A program made the translations under genes and the position numbers. A DNA stretch of 63,266 nt, filler included, from Conidiobolus incongruus B7586 (taxonomy: Eukaryota), in assembly GCA_000697335.1 (NCBI GenBank). It is 4 parts of 4 records of this genome, joined end to end, with 100 filler letters (N's around TTAATTAATTAA, not from the genome) between each part and the next. Parts side by side here need not be neighbours in the genome. Positions count along the whole stretch, not along the records: positions 27,590 to 42,723 come from JNEM01006068.1; positions 42,824 to 57,532 come from JNEM01006069.1; 2 more parts are not named here. One strand, given 5' to 3'. This document shows positions 34,658-47,051 of this stretch, piece by piece (positions within the stretch are counted from its first letter, which is position 1; the number at the start of each line of letters is the position of its first letter). A model generated the notes under the pieces. That model saw nothing but the letters and a program-made list of their open reading frames with translations, did no database searches and was not told where the DNA came from.

Positions 34658-37600
34658 TTTAATCAATATTTATTATTAATAAAATTTAATAATTTAATTT
34701 AATTCAGAGTTATAAAATTGATTAATTATATTCTAAGTTTCAATTTTGATATTTGTAGCAAAAAACAATATTTTATAAACTAAACAAATAAACAATTATC
34801 AAAATATACTAATATTTAAAAAAAAATTTAATTACCTTATATTGGTATTTTATTAATACACTTGAATTTAACTTCCAATAAACCAATTAAAAAGTTAATT
34901 TTGATGAGGAAGTAATAATATGTAAGGTTATATTAAAATATATAACCTAATAATTTATAATCAAAACCTTATCAAATCAAATTTCAACAATGTCAACTAT
35001 TTAAAAATGTTTTTTGTAATATACCCATTAAAATTTAAACTATTAAACATTTGCGTGATATATTGGTTGAAATAATTAATAAGATCTCTTATAATATATA
35101 TTTATCACTTAAATAACTGATTCAATTATATTATTTCATAAAGTTTTATATATAAACGAATATATGAGCATTATTATATGAATAGATATTTGCTAAATTT
35201 AATAAAATTCATAACTTTAAAAGACGATATAATTAAAATACACAGCTACCAAATTCCTAAATATTTCGATAAAATTTTTGATATTTAATCTAATTCTACA
35301 ATATTTATTCGTTACCTGTTGAAATATTCTTTTTATCCCCCTATTTTTAATTAATTTGATTAAACTATCTCTATGATTGATATATAACTAAAACATTACT
35401 AACTATTCATTAATTATATTTGAAGAAGATTGTAAATTTAAATTTTATTGCGTGTAAACAATTAATATTCTATCTAGTATATAACCTAATGGATAATTAT
35501 AGACATTAATATTACATAATATTATATTCTGATCAATACATTTCCAATTTAGTATAATAATTAGGTAAAATTATTTAAAATTTTTTGATATACTATAATT
35601 GAAATAAATAAATAATTTTTTTAAAAAGAAAATATATGTAATTTTGATTATTTGGTCATTTTCAAGTTTAACTTAAATATTTCGACATGATTCAATATAA
35701 CAGATTTGATTATGATTGTATGTGCATATATAGCTAAACTATTTAAAGTATTATAAATGGTAAATGAACAATAATTCATATTCTATTTGAACCTTTTTAT
35801 TTGAGGTATTCTAGATTAAATGTACCATCAAATTTCAAACATTTAAATGCAAATAATTGGTCAGTCTCTAAATAGTATTTTCCTTGCAATATAAAAACCG
35901 GACCTAAATCAATTGGGATAACTGTACAAAATATCAAAGTTGTCCATTAAATCTAAAACGCTAGTTATAAACTAATCATACTTGTAGAAGTTAAAAATTT
36001 TCAAGTTTAGATAGTATTATTCTGTGACAATATGATCAACTAATTTTTACTATTCATATAGTTCATTAAATAGTTAGTTAAGATCAAAAATATAATTGAT
36101 TTTAAATTACAAACTGTGACAGCAACAGTATTATTATAATTTACAGATTTCTAAGATAGATCACTGAGAGAATATTCGTGACACTAATTTAAAGATTAAC
36201 AAATCAATTATTTATTATGGTATTTAGAAATCAACTAAATATTAATTTTTAATTGTAATAATAAAATGAATAAATATTACCTGGTTATTCTTATTAAACA
36301 TTAGATTTCAATTTTATTTGATAAGTACCAAGCCTCAAATATTTTCTGTGATTTATTGCTAGTTTTTTAATGATTAATATTTCATGTAAAGAGTTGACAA
36401 AGAGTAAATATCCTAACTATGGAGGTTTATTATAATTAAAAATTATGGTGAATTTTTGGCAAAAATAGAATATAATAGATAAATTTGTTAAATTGTTTTT
36501 TTATAACTAAAATTTTACATTTTAATAATTTTTCAGAGAAATATAATATTAATAAATAATGTAATTTTTTAATTTTGCAATAAAATATAATACTAGATCT
36601 CATATTCTTAATTTTCTGTTAATACTTGAATTATAATCAAATGACTAATTAATTGTGTTACAATAATCACATGATATAAATCAAATATTTAACACATCAA
36701 TTTGACTATTCTAGAGCAATAAATTCGAATCTAATTTGACTAATATCATTCAAATTCGTTTTATCAACTGAAGAATGAATGATTATTATAAATTAAATTT
36801 CCAACTTTTGAGTTATAATTAACAGAATTAAATAATATGTCTAAGTCAATATATTATACATTAGATTTGATGGATTACTGTAGAATTATTAATGAATTCG
36901 TAATTTGAGGTATTAGCGCATAATTTGTTATTATAATTAATTAAAATTACATTTAGAAAATAAAAACTAATGATACACAAGAATATATAATGAATATAAA
37001 GAAACAACTCATAATAATTTATATAATCAAATATCAAAATTATATAAAAAATTAATAAGATATTTTTATAAATATGTTGATTTAAATGAATAAATTTCGA
37101 ATGTGACTTTATTATTTAATTAATGTTACAGGTTTTACTTAAATGTACTTAATTGAATTTTATTATCTATTCTATAAATATTTCGGAATAATAACTTCAA
37201 ATGGAAATAGTGTTTCTAATAGAAATAATTATAATAATTACCCAATTTTAAATAATATTGAACACTTTTGAAAATTTGAATTTATCTATTTAGAAAAGAT
37301 GGCTTAATTCAAATAAATTGTGAACTGTGGTTATGACCATTAGATACATCTTCATATTTCTATATGAGAGAATTCTTTAGTATTGGATAAATAAAATAGA
37401 GGTGCATATGGGTTGAGGTACAAATAATGAAGTAAATGAATTGAGTTGTAGTAATTAAATTAATTATATATAATGTAAACTTGATGCAATTTAACGAGAT
37501 GTTCATGTGAATTAAACAAAAAAGTTGTCAAACAATATTTTTATATCATACAGACATATATTAATTTATATTTTATTAGAACTCAATGTAATTATTACAA

Positions 37601-37943
37601 ATCTAGAGATAAAAATTCATCTACTCTATTATTTAAGTAAAAAATTTTTTTTAATTCAAAATTAATTAATTAGAAAATTATTAAATTCTTAGAAAAAAAA
37701 TTAGTTAGTTTAAATTTAAATTTTGTGTAATAAAAATGTTAAAAAATAATTTAAAATTATTAATCATTATTTATTAAAAAATCATATGACATATTATATG
37801 AAAAAGTTTATATTCTAAAGAACATTAATTTCGGTTCAATAACTATATAAATAAATTATTCATTTACAAAATATCGCTAAACACTTATTTATTTATTATT
37901 TATTTTTTAAAATAATATACTTATTTTTAATTTTTTAAAAATA

Positions 37944-40900
37944 ATGTATAACTCTTTAATTGCTTCATTAGCTCTTCTATTGATTAACCCCTGCAACAGT
38001 TTGCAGAGCTTTGATTCTGAGTTTATCAATGCTGCAAGAATAGGTCGAGGTGGTGATCATGACTTGCCAAAGACCCGTTTTTTGACTACTGATAATACTC
38101 CCGGAGCAGATGGTGGAGTTTCAGATGCCAAGAAACCTGCTCCTGATCCTCTCCCTTTGAGACCTCCCTCCAAGGACTGGGATCTTGGTAAATCTTTGAA
38201 CCGCACTTTAGAGGTTACCTTGGACGAAGGTACATGGATCAACTTGGATGTCAGCCCTGATGGTAAAGAAATCGTCTTCGATTTACTTGGTGATATTTAC
38301 ACTCTTCCCATCGGAGGTGGTGAAGCTAAATTACTTAAGGGTGGTCCTGCTTTCGAAATTCAACCCACTTATTCACCTGATGGTAAGAAAATCTTGTACA
38401 CTAGTGATGCTAGCGGTCTCGACAATTTGTGGATTACTGACAAGTCTGGAAAATCATATCAAGTCACTGACGAAAACTATAGAACTGTCTCCAATGCTTA
38501 TTGGGCTCCTAATGGTAAAGAAGTTGTTGGTGTCAAATGGTATACCTCCAGCCGTTCCATCCCTGCTGGTTCTATTCAAAGATATAAATTAAATGGTGAA
38601 CAAATCAGTAAGCCTGAATTATTAATCAATACCAAATCAGCCCAAGTTGGTGTTGAAGAACCCATCTACAATCCAGTTGGTCCTGGTGATTCCATCTACT
38701 ACTCCACCAATGACGTTGATACCAGCACTTGGAACTATAGCAAAGATCCTCATGCTGGTATTTTCAATGTTTACTCTTTTAACACTACCTCTCAAGAAAA
38801 GAGTGTCAGAGTTGCTGGAGGTGTTGGATCTGCTGGTCGCCCCACTCCTTCTAGAGATGGTAAGAAGCTCGCATTTGTTCGCAGAGTTGAATTCACTTGG
38901 TCTTTGATTGTCAAGGATCTCGAGACTGGAGATGAAACCAACGTTTGGGATGGTCTTTCTCGCGACAGCCAGGAGGCTTCTGCCTCCAATGGTGTTTATC
39001 CAAGATTTGCCTGGTTACCTGATGATTCTGCTATCATCATTTGGGCTCAGGGTAAGATTCATCGTGTCCCCTTGGATAAATCTCCAGTCAAAGTTATCCC
39101 CTTCAAGGCTAATGTCAAGTTAAATGTTGCCCCAACTGTAAAGCATGAATACAGTTTGATTGAGGCTTCTGATGAAAAGACTTTTGATACCAAAGCAATT
39201 CAATTCTACGATGTCAGTAAAGATGGTACCAAGGTTGTTTACATCGTTACTGGCCGCACTTATATCAAGGATCTCAAGACTGGTAAATCCACTTTACTTA
39301 AACTCGATCATTCCGAAGATAATCGTCATGCTCCTTCTTTCCATCCTTCCAATGATAACATTGTCATTCAATCCAGATGGAACGATAGCAAGTTATCTTT
39401 CATTGAAATTGTTGATGTCTCTAAAGGAAAGATCATTTCTACTCTCAAACTTCCAAGAGGTCATTACACCTATCCTGCCTTGTCTGCTGACGGCAAGAAA
39501 TTTGCTTTCACTAAAACTGTTGGTGATGAGATTGTTGGTACGGTTATTTCAAGGGCTAAGACTGGTGTTTATGTTGGTGAATTAAATGACAAACATGAAG
39601 TTGTTGAAGGTTCATTGAATCTTGCTATTCCTGGTGAAACTGCTGGTGCTAAGTTTACCAAAGATGGCAAGCAACTTCGTATATATGGCTACACTGACCC
39701 TTATGTCTTTGACTTAGCCAGTGGTAAATCCTCTCCACTTGGTACAGTTAAGGATAACATAGGTGATGTTACCTTAAGTGATGATACCAAATGGGTTTCA
39801 TTCCCTCAATACAGGCAAGTCTTTGTTGCTCCTGCCAAAGTTAATACTACTTATTGGAGCAAACCCGGAAGCTCTCCCGAAGGTTTAATCCGTTTATCTA
39901 AGGATGGTGGTCAAACTTCTCTATTTAGTGGTCCTGATGGCCAAAATGTCTACTATTTGCAAGCCAATACTCTTTATGAAGCTCATATCCCTACTGTTGT
40001 TGAAAAATGTGGTGCTGTTGCCAAGTCTGATACCGCTAAGTTTGGTGCTGAATGTGTCCAACCTTTACTCAAGTCCCATGATTTGTCTGTTAAGGTCCCA
40101 ATTTCTCGTCCTCCCTCTGATAAGGTCCTTGTTCTTGACAACGCTAAGATTGTCACCATGAAGACTGGTAACCCTGCCTCCGATATCATTGAACGTGGTA
40201 GACTTGTTGTCAAGGGTAACAAGATTTTGGCTGTTGGTGACTGTGATAGTACTCCCATTCCCAAGGGTGCTGAAGTTAGAGATCTTGCTGGTGCCACTGT
40301 CCTTCCCGGTTTCTTTGATGAGCATGCTCACTGGTCTGCTTTTGATTACCCTGCTCGTTCTCACTGGCAATTCCAATTGGCCTTATCTTATGGTGTAACC
40401 TCTCAACACAATCCCTCTTACGATACCGTTCAAGGTTTTGTTGAACAAGAATTATCCCGTACTGGCCGTCTTTTGGCTCCTAGAATTTTCTCCACTGGTA
40501 CTATTATTTATGGTGCCGCCGGTGGATATCGTGTCGAAATTAACGATATTGAAGATGCTAGATCCATCTTAAGACTCCTCAAGTCATATGGTGCTTTCTC
40601 CGTCAAGTCCTACAACCAACCCTCTCGTTACGCTCGTCAACAAATTCTTCAAGCTGCTCGTGAACTCGGTATGCTTGTTGTCCCGGAAGGCGGTATGCAC
40701 TTCGCTTGGAATACCAATCAAGTTATCGATGGCCACACAACCATTGAACACTCCCTCAACCCTGGTATCCTCTACGAAGATCTTCAAGTTCTCTTTGAAA
40801 AGGCTGGAACTGCTTGGACTCCAACTCTTGTTGTTTCTTATGGTGGTATCTGGGGTGAAAGATACTGGTACCAATCTACCAATGTTTGGGAAGATCCTAA

Positions 40901-41387
40901 GATGCGTGCTCGTCATCCTCTCAAGAGTTTGGAATCTTCTTCCTTCCGTAGAACTTTAGGTGATGAACGTGAATATGTCTTCTTGGAAACTGGCAAGACC
41001 CTTACCAACCTCACTCGCCGCAATGTCTTAATCAATCCTGGTGCCCACGGTCAAAGACAAGGTGTTGGTTTCCTCTGGGAACTTTGGATGCTTTCTAAAG
41101 GAGGAATGACCAATTATGAAGTTCTTCGTGCTGCCACTCGCAATCCCGCTCTTACACTCGGTCTCAAGGATCTTGGTTCCCTTGAAGCTGGAAAATTGGC
41201 TGATTACATCATCTACCCCGCTAATGCTTCTCCTCTCAAGGATCTTAAGTACCTTTGCAACATTACCCACGTCTCTGTAAACGGTTTCCTCCATGATGCC
41301 AATTCTATGGACCAAGTCTGGCCCGAAAAGAAGAAGGCATTACCCTTACCCCAATTGAATGACAATGTCTTAGTCCACGATAAATAA
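37944..41387 (+). CDS. Secreted TolB/PD40-amidohydrolase, copy B (tandem paralogue)
   Basis: Same length and motifs as copy A, colinear at offset 6730. Confidence 0.93.
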   Translation: MYNSLIASLALLLINPCNSLQSFDSEFINAARIGRGGDHDLPKTRFLTTDNTPGADGGVSDAKKPAPDPLPLRPPSKDWDLGKSLNRTLEVTLDEGTWINLDVSPDGKEIVFDLLGDIYTLPIGGGEAKLLKGGPAFEIQPTYSPDGKKILYTSDASGLDNLWITDKSGKSYQVTDENYRTVSNAYWAPNGKEVVGVKWYTSSRSIPAGSIQRYKLNGEQISKPELLINTKSAQVGVEEPIYNPVGPGDSIYYSTNDVDTSTWNYSKDPHAGIFNVYSFNTTSQEKSVRVAGGVGSAGRPTPSRDGKKLAFVRRVEFTWSLIVKDLETGDETNVWDGLSRDSQEASASNGVYPRFAWLPDDSAIIIWAQGKIHRVPLDKSPVKVIPFKANVKLNVAPTVKHEYSLIEASDEKTFDTKAIQFYDVSKDGTKVVYIVTGRTYIKDLKTGKSTLLKLDHSEDNRHAPSFHPSNDNIVIQSRWNDSKLSFIEIVDVSKGKIISTLKLPRGHYTYPALSADGKKFAFTKTVGDEIVGTVISRAKTGVYVGELNDKHEVVEGSLNLAIPGETAGAKFTKDGKQLRIYGYTDPYVFDLASGKSSPLGTVKDNIGDVTLSDDTKWVSFPQYRQVFVAPAKVNTTYWSKPGSSPEGLIRLSKDGGQTSLFSGPDGQNVYYLQANTLYEAHIPTVVEKCGAVAKSDTAKFGAECVQPLLKSHDLSVKVPISRPPSDKVLVLDNAKIVTMKTGNPASDIIERGRLVVKGNKILAVGDCDSTPIPKGAEVRDLAGATVLPGFFDEHAHWSAFDYPARSHWQFQLALSYGVTSQHNPSYDTVQGFVEQELSRTGRLLAPRIFSTGTIIYGAAGGYRVEINDIEDARSILRLLKSYGAFSVKSYNQPSRYARQQILQAARELGMLVVPEGGMHFAWNTNQVIDGHTTIEHSLNPGILYEDLQVLFEKAGTAWTPTLVVSYGGIWGERYWYQSTNVWEDPKMRARHPLKSLESSSFRRTLGDEREYVFLETGKTLTNLTRRNVLINPGAHGQRQGVGFLWELWMLSKGGMTNYEVLRAATRNPALTLGLKDLGSLEAGKLADYIIYPANASPLKDLKYLCNITHVSVNGFLHDANSMDQVWPEKKKALPLPQLNDNVLVHDK

Positions 41388-41429
41388 TTTAATATCAACC
41401 TAATAATCCAATATTGGTTACAATTAATA

Positions 41430-42723
41430 TTACTTTGTAATTTAAATAATGGGAATTTTTTGTGATTGAAAAAAAAATAAACATTTTAATATATAAAAAG
41501 TAAAAATAAATATATAATATAAAATTAATAATTTCCTTTATTTCTAATAACTTTTTGCTATATTTTTAGCAAAGATCTAACACTTAAAAAACAATTCTTT
41601 TTATTAAAGACTGAAATTTGATGTTTTACAAACCAATTAAATTTTCCTGTAGAAATTTTCTTTCCTACAAGCTGGTTTTTTAATTGCTTAAAACAATTAT
41701 AATCACATAGGTTATAATCTAAAGAATATACTAGATGTGGTAGTTTTTTCTAGTTATTTTTAATTAGAAAGTTTTTTATAACTTTAAATTTATGTATTTT
41801 ATAATTATCATGTAAAATAATAGGTTTTCTTAAATTATATTAAGAATACTAATTAGAAATAGTTTTATTTAAAAAAAATATAAAGTTTACTATTAATAAA
41901 TTTTCTTTTAAGAATTAAATAAGAATAATATATGTTATTATAATTTATTATTACAATTAATATTTGTTTATTAATAAAGTGTTTATTTAAAGGAATTTAT
42001 AGAGGGGGTTGATTTAATTTAATTTAACACTTTGATTTATATTTTAATAAAAGATTATATAAAAAAATCTAAGATTTATTAATTATAATAATTTATTATA
42101 AAAGTTTTAGTTTCTAGTTATATCTTAGTAAGTTTTATTTAACAATAGTTACTCTAATTTTTTTTAAGTTTTAGTTAAATTATAAGGTACCTATTTTATA
42201 TTTTTATTAATTAATTTTAATTTAAACTTTAATATATATATAAAATACTTATGTAACTAATATTAAAATGTTTTAATAATTCTTTAACTAAAATAAAAAG
42301 GTATTTTTCAATATAATTTTTTACTTTATTAATAATTAAAAAAGTAATAATTGAAATTAGTTTTTTAAATTTTAACAAGATTTAAATAATTTCTTTTTTA
42401 ATTTTAAAATAATTTACCTAGTAATAAATTATTGATTTAAATAATATTTTATTATTAAAAGTTGTTTGTAAATTTTAAATAATTTTAAAAGGCTTATGGT
42501 TAAATTTTATTAATATTAAAATAAAAAACTTTTGATGATTATTATTTAGTTTAAATATAATTAAATTAAACAACTAATTTTAAAAAGAATTTTTTAAACA
42601 AAAAAATTATAATATATTATATATATATATATATATATTCTTATTAACTTTGTATATATTTATTTATTTCAAACTAATAATATATTTGAAAAATCAGAAA
42701 TTAAAAAATTTCCCATTATTTTA
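41430..42723 (-). mobile_element. Near full-length (~1.3 kb) mariner element, heavily C>T/G>A mutated
   Basis: Aligns with 56878-57532. Begins TA|TTACTTTGTAATTTAAATAATGGGAA. The inverted match TTCCCATTATTT at ~42710-42721 is cut by the gap. No intact ORF. Confidence 0.9.
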
Positions 42724-42823
42724 NNNNNNNNNNNNNNNNNNNNNNNNNNNNNNNNNNNNNNNNNNNNTTAATTAATTAANNNNNNNNNNNNNNNNNNNNN
42801 NNNNNNNNNNNNNNNNNNNNNNN
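42724..42823. other. Assembly gap spacer
   Basis: N44-TTAATTAATTAA-N44. Confidence 0.97.
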
Positions 42824-43618
42824 TTTCGACATATCTTTAATAATAGCATAGGTGTGTTCCTTCATACTGGTTAATAAGCCATCGGCACAGGTTTTGGGAT
42901 CAACCATAGGGATTAATTTTCCTTCTTGCAAGGATCTATAACAGTCATCAGCGCCCTTAGGTTCTCCTGCGAACACTGGTATGGGTTTTTCAGGATTGAT
43001 TCCTTTAGCGGAAATACAGGTTCCTGATAATAAACCACCACCACCGACTGGAGCAATGACGGCATCTAACTCATATCCCATCTCTCTAGCTTGTTCTTCC
43101 AATTCCAACATAGCAGTACCTTGGCCAGTGATGATATTAGGGTTATTATAAGGATGTACGAAAATAGCGCCAGTTTTTTTGATAACCTCTTCAACAGTAG
43201 TTTCTCTAGCTTCCTGACTAGGGAAACATTCGGTAATAATACCATCATATCCTTTGACAGCATCCTTCTTAACTTGTGGAGCGTTACTAGGCATAATAAT
43301 ATAAGCTGGGATGCCCTTTTCTTTAGCAGCAAGAGCTAAAGCTTGAGCGTGATTTCCACTTGAGTGAGTGATAACACCTCTCTTTTTCAATTCCTCAATA
43401 CCTAGTTCGTCTTCCAACTTCTTCAAAGTATACGAAGCTCCACGAAATTTAAAAGCTCCAACTTTTTGAAAGTTTTCACATTTGAACAAAATCTTCAAAC
43501 CTGCTAACTTGTTCAAACTCTCACAAGTCAAAACAGGAGTGCGATGAACCACCTGGCTTAAGTATTTAGCAGCTTCTCTAATATTTTCAATATTGGTACA
43601 GTAAGTATCTTGAGTCAT
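42824..43618 (-). CDS. PLP-dependent serine racemase / Ser-Thr dehydratase family enzyme (SRY1-like), 3' end lost in the gap
   Basis: KCENFQKVGAFKFRGA (PLP lysine), HSSGNHAQALA, PVGGGGL and ADGL motifs. Confidence 0.92.
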
Positions 43619-44539
43619 TAGTGTTATTAATTAATGAAATAAAGTTGATACATTTTTAATTTTGGATTTGGATGTATTTATATTTAAAAGATGCATAATG
43701 GTTAAATTTTTCAAATCCATATGATCCAATACAAGTTTATTTTAGGGAATTGGGTACTTAATTAGCCTAAACTTGGGATCATTTGACTCGTGATTATCTC
43801 TTTTAAACTTGCAACCAAGGCCAGCTTGTTCATCTGGATTTATCTTTCTTATTCTATTTCATTCTATTTTAAAGACCAAACAAGATCAATGAATTTTAAA
43901 AATCCAAATATGATTATTTGATCAGGAGTACTAGAAAATTATTAAAATCAATTGAAAAAAAATAATATATTTTGTATATGCTTATTCAATAATAATTGAG
44001 CACAGATATATATTAGATTTATTTTCATTATCAATTATCGGTATATTAAAATACGAAATAATTTTTCGAGATTGATAATCTGATTTTAAATATTTATTCA
44101 GCATCATTTTTTGATTATTTCAATGTTTATTTGTACTAAAAAATGTCATAGAAATGATTGAGGAATGAAAAAATTGAAAATAACTTACATTGATTAATAG
44201 TTGATAACATTTTTTAAATAATGTTGTATTAAAAATGAAATTAAAAATATTGAAAATTAATACATATTTACTACGTAAAAATATAGTGATGATTTTGTAT
44301 TGATTATAGAAAAACTATTGTGATATAATCGATAAGGAGGAAAATGGATTAAAAATATGATAAAATAGTTCATAATGAGATAAGTAAATTTGATATATAA
44401 CAAGCTATTAAACTAGGTATTTTAATGGAAATTAAATATCATATGTTGTTTATAAGAAGTTCAAAAAATTAATTATAAATGTAAAATATTTTTAGTACAT
44501 TTATCAAATTTATAAAGAGTATAATTGGCCATTGTACAA

Positions 44540-44611
44540 GGCTTCATGGTCTAGTGGTATGATTCCCGCTTTGGGTGCGGGAGGTCACGGGTTCAATTCC
44601 CGTTGGAGCCC
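44540..44611 (+). tRNA. tRNA-Pro (UGG), intronless
   Basis: Acceptor stem GGCTTCA/TGGAGCC, A-box TGGTCTAGTGG, anticodon arm CCCGC-TTTGGGT-GCGGG, T-loop GGTTCAATTCC; 72 nt. Confidence 0.97.
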
Positions 44612-45932
44612 TCTTGGACTGGTGCGAGTTTTTGACAAATTTTTAAACTATTTGTAATTCTAGTTAATGAGCATTGTTTTGATTATATTGTTACAAAGTC
44701 TAAATATCAATAATTCTTTAAAATTAATCAACATTGAGGATATTTATATCATAATCTAATTATAATAAATTTTATGATCGCAAATGTGTTTTTTGATGAT
44801 AAAGCACTATGTCAAAATAATGATGATTTCAATAATCATATTTTGTTGAGTTTGATCAAAGAGTTGAACAAAAATTACATTTCAAACTAATCCATTAATG
44901 AAAATGAATAATAATTCAAATAAATATTTTCAGACATCTTTTTTGTAGGTAAAAATAATTTTTTATTCAATAACTTAATTATTAAGGATTTATTATCAAT
45001 TAAATATAGGTTAAGCTTTGTCAAATGATATTACTAATAAGTGAAAAGTGATATTAATGTATTAATTTGACACAGGAATACTCTTTAAATATATACAAAT
45101 ATAATAATATCTGAATGAACAATATTTTAGCCTATTATGCTTACCCCAAGAATATGATGTAGTGAAATAATTATATAAAATAAAAATTCTATATTTCATA
45201 TAAATAGATAGAATTATTTAAAATTATTACTTTAACAGTTTAAATCAATTTTATATCATTTTTTTGAAATTATAAAGGATTTTGATTGTATAACTGCAAA
45301 AATTTTATTTGTTTTTACTTTGATTTACTCAGTAACATAAAAAAATTTTAGTCCACAAAGAAAATGTTCGAATATTCTAATAAGTGAAAAATCTAGGATT
45401 TATAAAATTCATAAATATAATAAATAGAGATTTATTTTTTAATTTATCAGACCAAAATCAAATTGTAAAAAAATAGTTAACAAAACCTTTTACTCACTGA
45501 TATATGAGGTAATTCAGTTATTTAAAAATTATTTAACATTTTTTGAGTCATTATTCTACTACCAAGTAATTAAATATTAATATCTATTAAAATGAATTTG
45601 TTAAATTATAAACATAAATGATTACTTTTAAAATTTGAAAATTTCTCAAATTTAATTATATAATAAAATAATATTTAAATTATTTTAAATTTATATTATA
45701 TGATAAATCGTATTAATACTGATTATATTAATTAAATATTTAATATATTAATTAAATTTCATTTTTCATATAATCATAATATAGATGATAGAGTATATAA
45801 ATTTAGAGATAATAAAATCAATAAAACTAGAATAATAGTTTTTATTATTAATATATCTGTTTATAATAATCATCTATATAAAAAAGGCAACCAGCTAAAT
45901 TGTCGCACGGATCATCGTATATATAATATAAT

Positions 45933-46838
45933 CTATTGAATGGGAAGATTAGGAGACTTGGTAGATTTTATACCAACACTCTCAATAGAGTCCCAACCGC
46001 CAGGAATGATAGAGGGTAATTTTTTGAAGAGGGTTTCGATATTGTCGATTAATTCGGATTCGGTAGATTCAGAATTACCAACCTTGTAGCTGACATTGGT
46101 TCCTGTGGGGTGGTAGACAGGGCAGGTCTTGATAGCTTTGTCGATCTTTTCACCCAACTTGCCAGTTAATTTGACAGGGATAGGTAATCTGTAATACGAT
46201 TAATATAATTAATATAATTTGTATGATTAAATATAATCTAGTTGATTACTTTTTAGATTCAAAGAATTTCTTGCCCAAATAAGTGGGTAATAGAGGAATT
46301 AACTTTTCTTCACATAAAAATATATCATAACGATTCTTTAATTGTCTCTTTAATTCGTAGGATTTGTAACTGGATTTCAAATTGTCAAAGCCAATAACCT
46401 ATTTCATATACTATTTAATAATTATATCAAATATACTACTATTTTAAATTTACCTCATTGATTGATTTAATATTCTCATTTTCTAAACGCTCTTCAATAT
46501 TAGCTTTATCTTTGACAATTAAACAAACTGTAGAGTCTTCAGGTAAGATTAAATGGGGTAAAGGACTAAAAAACAGATTAAATTAGTAACCATATATATT
46601 ATAAAATTAGTGAATAATAACATACACAAAAGTGGGAGCTTTAGGTTTTACGTTAATTTTATTTAAAGTTAAATTAATTAGAATGATCTGATTTTCACTT
46701 AATAAGTTATTATCGTCTTCTTTCTTTTCTTTGAGATAGGTGACTAATGCTTTGATAGCTTTTTTAGTCTATTAAATATATGTTATTATATTAATATTGC
46801 TATTTGATATTATATATTACTTGTTTGATATCTAGCAT
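45933..46838 (-). CDS. Ribosomal L1-domain nucleolar protein (RSL1D1/Utp30/Cic1 family), 5 exons
   Basis: Exons 46838-46821, 46768-46626, 46565-46454, 46398-46250 and 46188-45933 join in frame through GT-AG introns. Motifs PLPH, VCLIVKD, YKSYELKRQL..YDIFL, LGKKFF..KKLPIPV and SPNLPI. Confidence 0.9.
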
Positions 46839-47051
46839 TTTTTAGTATGATTATTAAAATATAATGATAATTAATTCGAACTTTTTTGTCAACATCTTTA
46901 TAGATTGAATTAGAGTAATGAAATATGTATTTTGAAATTGTGGGATTACGAATTTATTTAATCTCAAATTGAAAAATTTATGAAGCCTCATATCAATAGA
47001 TAGAATGACTGGAAAATTGGTTGAATATTCAATATTTATTTGAATATAATT

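Noticed and set aside
31327..41398. Many overlapping alternative-frame ORFs conserved in both amidohydrolase copies
   Set aside because: Explained by codon bias and by the duplication itself.
37944..43618. Amidohydrolases next to a serine racemase-like gene as a possible D-amino-acid metabolic cluster
   Set aside because: Separated by a transposon and an assembly gap; no other pathway genes; adjacency unverified.
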